Origin: a virus
Lineage: Duplodnaviria > Heunggongvirae > Uroviricota > Caudoviricetes
Virus record (IMG/VR): IMGVR_UViG_3300038492_000581
Span: 89,815 to 109,785 of that record
Strand: one strand, 5' to 3'
Length of the DNA stretch: 19,971 nucleotides
The notes beneath the pieces are model-generated. The model searched no databases, was not told where the DNA came from, and saw only the letters and a program-made list of their open reading frames with translations. Shown here one piece after another: positions 12,898-19,971 of this stretch (position 1 is the first letter of the stretch; each line of letters begins with the position of its first letter). The position numbers and the translations under genes were made by a program.

Positions 12898-15354
12898 ATG
12901 ACTAAAAAAGCAACAGGGGACGCGTCGCAACCAGTTATTGATCAGTCAGTTGTAGAAAGAATGGCTGATCCGTCGATCATGCTGCACGCTACTCAAAAAG
13001 CCAATGCTGGTCGAGCTACAGCATACAACTACGGCGGATCTCTCGGCGATAGTATCGAGAGGCGTTTGGCTCCAGGAATGGATGGTCTTGGTGGCGGATA
13101 TGATGTAGGTCACGGACTTCACGGAAACAACACTGCATATCCAGCGGTTGGATACGGGAACTTTTATGGGGCGGGGCTTGGATTTGGCCCGCAGGCACGG
13201 ACGAATGTTCATTTCGGGTCTGTGACTGGAGCTGGAGCAGGGGGATACCAGTACCTCCGACGCTATGCGGGCCAATCCTCTTTAAATCACTCCATCATTG
13301 CTGCATGTATTCTTGCTTACCTTGGATACGGAGTTGTTCGAAATATCATTGATCTTTATGCAGACTTTGCAACCGAAGGTCTTATGATTGAACATCCGCA
13401 GAAGAGTATTCGTAACTTCTACAATGCCTGGGCCAAAAAGGTCCGTCTCAACGAAAGAATCCACAACATCTTCATGAACCTGTTTATCACAGGAAATGTG
13501 TTTGTCCATCGAAGGTGGGCAGATCTTGATAATAGTGATGAAAGAGCAATGAAGCGGACTGAGGCCACGGAGATTATCAACGATAAGTTGGTGATTCGAG
13601 GAAAGTCTCGCGACCGAGTGGTTGATCCAAGTGGTGAATTTCTCGATTGGTATTTGAATTCTAAAGGGCAGTCTTACGTTGACGGCATGTTGCGTCGCGA
13701 AGACAAAATCAATCGGAATTCTACACAGGCTACACCCATTTCGCCAGAAGAAGAGGTGTTGCCAAAAAACAATAGCAGTCGTATCCCATGGGGATATACT
13801 ACGATGAATCCATTACAGATGGATGTTCGTGGCAGCAAGTTGCGTGGCGAGCATTATTGGGTCATGCTGCTTGATAGGCGTGATACGCTGGAAATTGCCA
13901 AGGGTCTCGGCATGTATTCTTCGAGTACCAAGGATCTTGGTGTAACAGAAGTAAATCTTCCAAAAGAGTTTGTACGCAAGGTAAAGCCTATTTCTCAAGG
14001 AATTGGTGGAGGCTATGTTGCCGAGATCCGAATGGATGAAGAAGATCTTTCCGTCATTCAGGATCGTAAGATGGATTGGTTTAGTTGGGCACCTCCGTTT
14101 GTTGCTCCAGCTTTGAGAGCTTTGTCTTTCAAGGATTGCTTGCGTGACATGGAAACTCGTGCTTGCTATTCTGTAATTAACTCGATTTTTCTTTTCAAGC
14201 TTGGCGATCTTCAGAACGGGATGCCGGCGGAAGAGGAGCACTTCGAGCGTTTGGCGGATATGCTTCAGCAGCCTGGACAAGTCATGAATGTGATTTGGAA
14301 TGAGGCTATTGAGGCAGATGTTATTCAGGCGGATATTAAGAACATTTTCGATCCCAAGAAGCACGAGTCGGCAGATAAAGATATACTTACTGCTCTTGGA
14401 GTACCAGAAGTTCTTTTGGGTGGCAAGGGAGGAAATTTTTCCAACTCTTTTATCGCGGTGTCGACTATTTTGGAGCGTCTTGAATCAGCTCGCGGTAGAG
14501 TTATGGATTGGCTTATGGGCGAGTTCAAGCTTATTGCCGATGCGATGGGATTTCAGAAACTTCCTAATGTCAAATTTGGACAAACGAGCTTGACTGACAG
14601 AAAGGCCGAACAAACTTTCATGTTTGGTCTTTTTGATCGTGGAATTCTTTCGGCAGACGATCTTCTTAATATGGCTGATACTGATTTTGAAATGCAGGTC
14701 GCTAAGCAGAAAGAAGAGAAAGAGCTTCAGGAAAAGAAGTCTAAGGTTATGGAGTACAAAGGGCCTTATATTAAGGAGCCTAAGCCAGCACCAGGTGCCG
14801 CGGGGGGACCATCTAAGCCAAAAACTCCTAATGGACGTCCGGCAGGAAGTGATACGGGTCCTACCGGCAAGCAATCTAATCCGAGGGCTCCAAAAGGTCA
14901 AAATGTCACGGCTGAAGATATGATTGTATTGGTTGAGCATTTTAATACAATTGGACGACAGATTCTCGATGATGTGGAGAAGGGCATAAGTGATCGAATG
15001 ATTAGGATGCACAATGATCGTCGTGCGTCTGGTGCTCCTTATGTTCGGTATGTAAAGTCTTTGCCTAAGTCTGAGAAGGATCGTCTTGAAAATCTTGTTT
15101 ATAATGTATTTAGTCATATTGGGCCAAACGCTCCAGAGCAAATGGATACGGACGATTTTCTTGTGCACTTCCTTGAGTCATCTTCAGCGAACGGCATAAA
15201 GGTAGATGTTCTTGAAACTTATGATGGAAAGCTGAAAGCTTATCAGGAAAAATGGGGCAAGCCACCGGCACGAGAACATCGACGACAAATGATGGTTTCG
15301 TCTTGGACACAGTTTGCAATTACGCAGCATCTTGAGGGATCAACAATAATTTAG
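12898..15354 (+). CDS. Portal protein with N- and C-terminal extensions
   Basis: Follows TerL. GVVRNIIDLYADFATEG near the N-terminus, ADKDILTALGVPEVLLGG..GNFSN in the core and GILSADDL near the core end are portal-like patterns. Confidence 0.8.
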   Translation: MTKKATGDASQPVIDQSVVERMADPSIMLHATQKANAGRATAYNYGGSLGDSIERRLAPGMDGLGGGYDVGHGLHGNNTAYPAVGYGNFYGAGLGFGPQARTNVHFGSVTGAGAGGYQYLRRYAGQSSLNHSIIAACILAYLGYGVVRNIIDLYADFATEGLMIEHPQKSIRNFYNAWAKKVRLNERIHNIFMNLFITGNVFVHRRWADLDNSDERAMKRTEATEIINDKLVIRGKSRDRVVDPSGEFLDWYLNSKGQSYVDGMLRREDKINRNSTQATPISPEEEVLPKNNSSRIPWGYTTMNPLQMDVRGSKLRGEHYWVMLLDRRDTLEIAKGLGMYSSSTKDLGVTEVNLPKEFVRKVKPISQGIGGGYVAEIRMDEEDLSVIQDRKMDWFSWAPPFVAPALRALSFKDCLRDMETRACYSVINSIFLFKLGDLQNGMPAEEEHFERLADMLQQPGQVMNVIWNEAIEADVIQADIKNIFDPKKHESADKDILTALGVPEVLLGGKGGNFSNSFIAVSTILERLESARGRVMDWLMGEFKLIADAMGFQKLPNVKFGQTSLTDRKAEQTFMFGLFDRGILSADDLLNMADTDFEMQVAKQKEEKELQEKKSKVMEYKGPYIKEPKPAPGAAGGPSKPKTPNGRPAGSDTGPTGKQSNPRAPKGQNVTAEDMIVLVEHFNTIGRQILDDVEKGISDRMIRMHNDRRASGAPYVRYVKSLPKSEKDRLENLVYNVFSHIGPNAPEQMDTDDFLVHFLESSSANGIKVDVLETYDGKLKAYQEKWGKPPAREHRRQMMVSSWTQFAITQHLEGSTII

Positions 15355-15371
15355 AGTACTGTTTGGTGTAT
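15351..15371 (+). promoter_or_regulatory. Tandem candidate late-promoter boxes TTAGAGTACT and TTGGTGTAT
   Basis: Two one-mismatch variants of the motif in the short portal-to-next-gene junction. Confidence 0.35.
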
Positions 15372-15382
15372 AGAGATCTGAC

Positions 15383-16399
15383 ATGGAACGCACTAAAGCA
15401 GTAATAAAGAAGCAGGATGGTGAATACTGCGTCTTTTCTAAGTCGGGAAAGAATTTGGGCTGCTTTAAAAGTCGTAAAGCTGCTGTCAAAAGACTCGGGC
15501 AGATTGAGTTTTTCAAGAAAAGCAAAGGGAATACAGGAATGACTAAGGAAGCTGAAGGCAAAGGCGGTCGCTTCCGTGAGCTTATTAAAGCTCGTGTAGA
15601 GGCGGATGACCAACCAGCCCACACCGAAGAGCTTAGTCACAAGCTTGTTAATATGAGTGGTGTTGGTAAGGACGAGGGACTGAAGCATGATCCTGCTGGT
15701 GGCAGATCTCAGACCGATTTAAACGGCGTTACTGGTGGTAGTGTTGCGAATATTCCTTGCGACAAAGTGATTGATGGCAATCCCCACTTTCCATGTTTCA
15801 ACGAATCTCAGGCACGCTCGGCTGTTAGTCGTGCTATGCGTATTGCTGATTCACCCAACTGGTTTGCGGGTACTGCAGACGAACTTCGCGAAGCAGTTTG
15901 TGCGGGCGTTAGTGCTTCGTTTCCCAATCTTGAGGTCAATGTGCCTGTACATTTTGAGCACGCACTTTCTCAACAGGTTGAAATTAAGAATCCTGGCACC
16001 TTGAATGAAAAGAAAGTGCCTGAGTTTGAAACCCCAGATCTTGACAAGACGGCAAACAAGAACGAGACTCGTATGTTTATAAAGACTCTTTCGGCTCTTA
16101 ATGAAGATCCAAATCAGCGTAAGGCCGTTGCCACAAACGTAATTGAGAATCTTCAAAAGCAGATGGATAAGCTGAACCAGGCTATGACTATCGCAGAACG
16201 CCTTATGAAAAAGGGTTTGACTGCGGAAGAGTTCAGCAAGCTTATCAGCTTCTTACAAGAAGATATTGTGCGTGAGCTTATGTTTATGGGTGCTACTGCG
16301 GGAGTCGATGAAGATCGTCAGGCACTTGTAGAGTCAATTCTTGCTCGTGCTCAAGATAAATCAAAAAAAAAGAAGAAGAAGGACGAAAAACCGTATTAG
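15383..16399 (+). CDS. Head-region hypothetical multidomain protein (338 aa; possible ~370-aa frameshift-extended form ending at 16494)
   Basis: Small N-terminal module IKKQDGEYCVFSKSGKNLGCF...RLGQIEFFK, helical C-terminus and Lys-rich end. Confidence 0.85.
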   Translation: MERTKAVIKKQDGEYCVFSKSGKNLGCFKSRKAAVKRLGQIEFFKKSKGNTGMTKEAEGKGGRFRELIKARVEADDQPAHTEELSHKLVNMSGVGKDEGLKHDPAGGRSQTDLNGVTGGSVANIPCDKVIDGNPHFPCFNESQARSAVSRAMRIADSPNWFAGTADELREAVCAGVSASFPNLEVNVPVHFEHALSQQVEIKNPGTLNEKKVPEFETPDLDKTANKNETRMFIKTLSALNEDPNQRKAVATNVIENLQKQMDKLNQAMTIAERLMKKGLTAEEFSKLISFLQEDIVRELMFMGATAGVDEDRQALVESILARAQDKSKKKKKKDEKPY

Positions 16400-16509
16400 G
16401 GGACGGTGGTCCGAATTTTCCAGGACCGAATCATAATCCTTTTCGAGGGCCGGAAAAGCCTCGTACGAAGGACAAGAAGAAAAAGAAGAAATGACATTGG
16501 GGAATAGAA

Positions 16510-16791
16510 ATGTCGAGAATTTCAGCAGGATTTAAGAACAATGTCAACATCATTACGATTCGTGCTTTTGGTAGCACTAATCAGTTAGTGACTGATAGGG
16601 CTATTGATTTTGATGGCGATGGTGAAAAGGAAAAGGTCACCATTGCTACTGTGGAAGGTGCCGGCAACAAGACTGTTCAGACGGTGACTGAGCCGGCAGG
16701 CGTTAGGGACTCTATTGTTTCGACTGTAGTAGAGCCTGATGGCGGTAGCTTGGATACCGAGGGAAATGAGCACACCGAAGGACTTGAGTAA
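16510..16791 (+). CDS. Hypothetical protein with DFDGDG (Dx[DN]xDG) Ca-binding-like motif
   Basis: ATG start, TAATG coupling to the next gene, Thr/Val-rich beta composition. Confidence 0.75.
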   Translation: MSRISAGFKNNVNIITIRAFGSTNQLVTDRAIDFDGDGEKEKVTIATVEGAGNKTVQTVTEPAGVRDSIVSTVVEPDGGSLDTEGNEHTEGLE

Positions 16792-17291
16792 TGAGCGGAA
16801 GAGATAATAGGCATCGGGGTTTTCGCCACGACGCTTTGGAAGAGGCGTTTGAGCGTGCAGGTCTTGATACTCAAGATCCATTCTTTATGGATTATGCAGA
16901 TGCCAGTGATTATATCAAGTCGCGTGCCGAGCATGTAGGTGAGCCGGGCGAAGGGTGTAATGTTTGGCCAGAAACTCCCGGTTCATCTGATACTGGAAGT
17001 GGATACGATCATGCAGTGAAGCCAAAAGGTGTTCCTGCGTGGTCCAGAATGCCGGCATCTGATGCCGAAAAAGCTTTGTATTACGGAGTTCATATTCATT
17101 CCGAGTCTAATCCTCTTGGTCTTCATACTCATGTTCCTGGCGGCCAAATGAGCGGTGGACATAGCCACGGACCGCAAAACAGGCTTGGTGTTCATACCCA
17201 TACTGAGAGCGGGAGTTTGGACGGTAAGCATGTTCATAAGCATAACCATCCTGACGGAGGTCATTCTCATATGCCTGAGAATTTTGGTTGA
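16791..17291 (+). CDS. His-repeat (GxHxH x6) putative metal-binding protein
   Basis: Six GxHxH motifs with alternating 11/12-residue spacing in aa 99-166. Confidence 0.8.
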   Translation: MSGRDNRHRGFRHDALEEAFERAGLDTQDPFFMDYADASDYIKSRAEHVGEPGEGCNVWPETPGSSDTGSGYDHAVKPKGVPAWSRMPASDAEKALYYGVHIHSESNPLGLHTHVPGGQMSGGHSHGPQNRLGVHTHTESGSLDGKHVHKHNHPDGGHSHMPENFG

Positions 17292-17491
17292 TGCTAAAGA
17301 ATATTGATAAAACTCATTGTAAGTATGGCCACGAAAAGCCTCTTGCAAGTGGATTTGGCCTTTCTCGCGACAATGCAGTCTTACTCTGTAGGATGTGTAA
17401 TGCCCAGAAAGGAAAGAAGATGCCGGACGAGTTCTATAGTAAGCGTGAACTTGATAGGCTGAAATTCTTTCTTAAAAACTTGGATAGTTAG
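17291..17491 (+). pseudogene. Internally deleted HNH endonuclease remnant (66 aa)
   Basis: KTHCKYGHE joined to KPLASG..LSRDNAVLLCRMCNAQKGKK.P..FY (HNH C-terminal half with CxxC). ATG 17291 overlaps the upstream TGA. Confidence 0.6.
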
Positions 17492-17496
17492 TTTAT
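17488..17496 (+). promoter_or_regulatory. Candidate late-promoter box TTAGTTTAT upstream of protease/scaffold
   Basis: One-mismatch variant of TTAGTGTAT overlapping the HNH-remnant stop. Confidence 0.3.
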
Positions 17497-17536
17497 TATC
17501 CGATTGACAAGGGCTTGGGGAATTTGGAAACCTGAA

Positions 17537-19447
17537 ATGGCGAAATTCAAGACAGTATTAGCTGCAAAAGAAGCCGAGCTTCTTGAACGTGGCGGAGAGC
17601 AATATCAAACTATTGCCTCTCGCGTGCAAGAGAAGTATGGTTTTGAGCTTCAGCCGCAGATTGATATTCTGTACGTAAAGTCCTGTCTTGTAACGGCTGG
17701 TGAAAAATATGGCATCAATGATAATGATGATGTATTTACCCGAGAAGAAGCTTGGGCTGCCCGCCATACTCCAGTTCTTAAGCCAGCTAATTGGCAGCAT
17801 AATGACAAGGATATTCTTGGCGTTGTCTTTAGCGTAGAGGCACGTACCCTCGATGGTAGACTCATTCCTTTTGATCAGGAAGAAGTTCCCGAGGAAGAGT
17901 TCGAGTTTCATACCGAAGCTGCTATCTTCAAATTCATTCATCCCGAAAAATCAAAAGAAATCGCCGAGAGATCTGCTGCTGGCAATCTTTTCGTCTCTAT
18001 GGAGGCGTGGTTTGATGATTATCAGTATGGACTTTACAATGAAGATGGCGTTCTTAATCAAGTAATCGCAAGGAACGCAGAAACGAAGTTCCTTGATGGC
18101 CACCTTAAGTGTAAGGGTGGTGTTGGAAAGTATAATAATCAGCGTTTGGGCAGGGTGCTACAGTCCATCACTTTCGGTGGGTTTGGTTTTGTTGATAAGC
18201 CTGCAAATAAGCGTTCGTTTATTGAGGAAGTTGGTGACGTGGTGCCCGCAGCGGCGTCGCACAGCGAAGAACAAGTGGAAAGACTTCTGCGGGAAGTCAT
18301 GTCCAAAATTGAGAGCAGTAACATACAGGAGACTGCACAGATGACTACCAAAGCTAATGCTGAAGGCGTGGTCACCTCAGAAAGCATCGAGGCTGCTGTT
18401 GCCAAGGCTTTCAGCGAGCATAAGAACGCTGAGGCAAAGGCTGCGGCAGAGGAGGCCCTTCGTACGAAGGCTTCTCAGCTCACTCAGGCTAACGAGACTC
18501 TCGCAGAAGAGAAGGCTCAGCTTGATGAGGCTGTGAAGGCAAAGGATAACGAAATCTCCGCCCTCAAGGATCAGATGAATGAATTGAGCGAAGTCGTAGA
18601 GAGTATCTCTGCGGAAATTGCCAAAGCACAGGATTCTGCTCCGGGTATTTCTGAGCTGGCCGGTATTGATGGTGTTTCGGATGGCGACAGTGCTTGGAGT
18701 GCCAAGCTTGAGCTTTTCCGTAAGATGGGGCCTGCGATGGCCGCACTCGCCGATCGTAACTCGGAACTTGAAGTTGAAGTGGCTAAGGCCGCTCAGGCTA
18801 CTCGTGCTTCCGAAGTGCGTGGACTTTTCGAAGGTCTCATGACTGAGACTGAAGTCGAAGCTCTTATCGCTACGGCTTCTGAATTAGGCGAAGACGAGTA
18901 CGTGTCTTGGTCTCAAGAGAAGGCTCTTTTCTCGTTGGCTCTTACGCAGGCTGCTAAGGGTGATGACATGAAGGGTGAAGAGGATGAGAAGATGAAGGGT
19001 AAGAAGAATCCTTTCGGGAAGAAGGGCAAGGCGTCTGAGGACGAAGGACTTTCCTTGGTTCAGAAGGCAATCCGTGCCCGAATGGAAGGTGGTGGCGGAG
19101 ACGAGTACGGCTCTCGTAGCTCGACTCATCTCGTCAACCATCCTGGTGGCGAGAATATGAAGTCTGGAGTCACTCCTGGTGCTCCCGGCCTCAGCACTCC
19201 TCGCCACAAGATCGCTGGTTCCGCCGAGGCTGATCCCAACGGTGTGCTTGCTCAGGCAATTGCACAGGGTGGCATCAATCCCGCTGGTGCAAATATGAGC
19301 GATAATGGTGTGGATGGTCAGTCTGACGATGACGTCTTTGGCTTCCGTTCTCTCGCGGCCGATCTTACGGGATATGGCGAAGAGGACGAAGATCAGAGCG
19401 AAGCCGATGAGTCTGGCCTGAACTTTGATCCTGTGGCTAAGAATTAA
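17537..19447 (+). CDS. Prohead protease fused to coiled-coil scaffold (636 aa)
   Basis: N-terminal domain has NDNDDVF, candidate catalytic His (NWQH) and Ser (FVSME), and GFGFVDKPAN. It is followed by an Ala/Glu/Lys coiled coil and an acidic tail and lies upstream of the decoration and capsid genes. ATG 17537 is preferred over TTG 17504. Confidence 0.72.
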   Translation: MAKFKTVLAAKEAELLERGGEQYQTIASRVQEKYGFELQPQIDILYVKSCLVTAGEKYGINDNDDVFTREEAWAARHTPVLKPANWQHNDKDILGVVFSVEARTLDGRLIPFDQEEVPEEEFEFHTEAAIFKFIHPEKSKEIAERSAAGNLFVSMEAWFDDYQYGLYNEDGVLNQVIARNAETKFLDGHLKCKGGVGKYNNQRLGRVLQSITFGGFGFVDKPANKRSFIEEVGDVVPAAASHSEEQVERLLREVMSKIESSNIQETAQMTTKANAEGVVTSESIEAAVAKAFSEHKNAEAKAAAEEALRTKASQLTQANETLAEEKAQLDEAVKAKDNEISALKDQMNELSEVVESISAEIAKAQDSAPGISELAGIDGVSDGDSAWSAKLELFRKMGPAMAALADRNSELEVEVAKAAQATRASEVRGLFEGLMTETEVEALIATASELGEDEYVSWSQEKALFSLALTQAAKGDDMKGEEDEKMKGKKNPFGKKGKASEDEGLSLVQKAIRARMEGGGGDEYGSRSSTHLVNHPGGENMKSGVTPGAPGLSTPRHKIAGSAEADPNGVLAQAIAQGGINPAGANMSDNGVDGQSDDDVFGFRSLAADLTGYGEEDEDQSEADESGLNFDPVAKN

Positions 19448-19458
19448 GGAGACATATC

Positions 19459-19923
19459 ATGGCTCTTAGTCAAAGCAGGCAGGTTTTCCAGACCGATATC
19501 AACTGCACTGTTTCGGGTGTTGCAGAGCGTGGCGGAATTCTCAGCTTCGTTCCGGGCGTTAATGGCCTGTGTGCATACGCCGATTCGACAGCGGTATCGG
19601 GTCAGGTAGCAAATCCTGCCGGACTTCTGCTTGACGATGTTGAGAACATCAACTACTTCCGTAACCCGGAATTTCGTCAGCGTAATGTGGTTCCGCTGGG
19701 TTCGGTCGTAGGTGTCGTGACGGAAGGTGAGTTCTTCACTGACTTCGTCGAGACCTCGATCACTAACTTTGGTTCTCTTACTTACAGTCCTGGTGAGCTT
19801 CTGTATCTCGCCGACGATGGTAAGGTGAGTAACCTGAATGTTGGTGGTAACCGAGTTCAGATTGGAAGGGCACTGTCCGCTGTGGACAGTAACGGTTTCT
19901 TGAAGATTCGCGTTGAAATCTAA
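19459..19923 (+). CDS. Probable head decoration/cement protein
   Basis: 154-aa Gly/Val-rich beta protein (AERGG, PAGLLLDDV, GELLYL..DG, IGR.LS..DSNG) between scaffold and MCP; SD TAAGGAG. Confidence 0.65.
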   Translation: MALSQSRQVFQTDINCTVSGVAERGGILSFVPGVNGLCAYADSTAVSGQVANPAGLLLDDVENINYFRNPEFRQRNVVPLGSVVGVVTEGEFFTDFVETSITNFGSLTYSPGELLYLADDGKVSNLNVGGNRVQIGRALSAVDSNGFLKIRVEI

Positions 19924-19939
19924 CTAAGGAGAGTTGAAA

Positions 19940-19971
19940 ATGCTTAAGCGTTACAGCAACAAGTCGCAAGC
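19940..19971 (+). CDS. Start of next highly expressed gene, probably major capsid protein (3'-truncated)
   Basis: Strong SD AAGGAG (19926-19931), then ATG 19940 reading MLKRYSNKSQ. MCP identity is from synteny only. Confidence 0.5.
   Translation, partial: MLKRYSNKSQ

Noticed and set aside
12946-15688. Several minus-strand ORFs inside the portal region (e.g. 13813..14364, 14485..15168, 15320..15688)
   Set aside because: Shadow frames with no motifs or ribosome-binding sites.
12849-16399. Possible TAG stop-codon reassignment (several genes end in TAG)
   Set aside because: Long genes contain no internal TAG, and TAG stops fall at sensible ends of TerL and portal; the standard code fits.
16408-16427. 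GGTCC/GGACC inverted repeat after gene 15383
   Set aside because: Only 5 bp with a 10-nt loop and no U tract, so not a terminator; it is also too far from the slippery site to be a classical stimulator.
17504-17532. Perfect TTGACA upstream of the protease/scaffold gene
   Set aside because: No -10-like hexamer at 16-18 nt spacing. The same bases give the ORF caller's TTG start, which I also disfavour relative to ATG 17537.
18960-19010. Short direct repeat ATGAAGGGT x2 (MKG...MKG) in the scaffold tail
   Set aside because: Ordinary low-complexity duplication in a charged linker.

Overview
This window is part of a large tailed-phage (Caudoviricetes-like) genome using the standard genetic code; I found no tRNA, rRNA, CRISPR array or IS element. 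It has four parts. (1) A 5'-truncated unknown gene on the + strand. (2) A tightly coupled minus-strand accessory operon (4353 to 989): SLOG/YspA-like protein, two hypotheticals, GroES-like co-chaperonin, DarG/TARG1-type macrodomain, cREC-type receiver domain, a hypothetical and a HicB-like protein. (3) A minus-strand envelope cassette (5963 to 4482): two overlapping lipoprotein genes and a secreted matrixin-like zinc protease, closed by an intrinsic terminator; the second lipoprotein has an EF-hand loop and a C-terminal transmembrane segment. (4) A long + strand packaging/head region: sigma-like factor with a Cys4 insert, probable TerS, two glycosyltransferases, ERCC4 nuclease, TerL, portal, several head-region unknowns (one His-repeat), an HNH remnant, prohead protease/scaffold, head decoration protein and the first codons of the probable major capsid protein. 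The strongest non-obvious signals are: a recurring single-box motif TTAG(C/T)GTA(C/T) in front of the late transcription units, which may be the target of the region-4-deficient phage sigma factor; a possible non-canonical lysis/envelope cassette; a candidate ~75-nt sRNA; an A9/A_AAA_AAG frameshift site; and glycosyltransferases embedded between TerS and TerL. All family assignments come from motif recognition by eye, not database searches.
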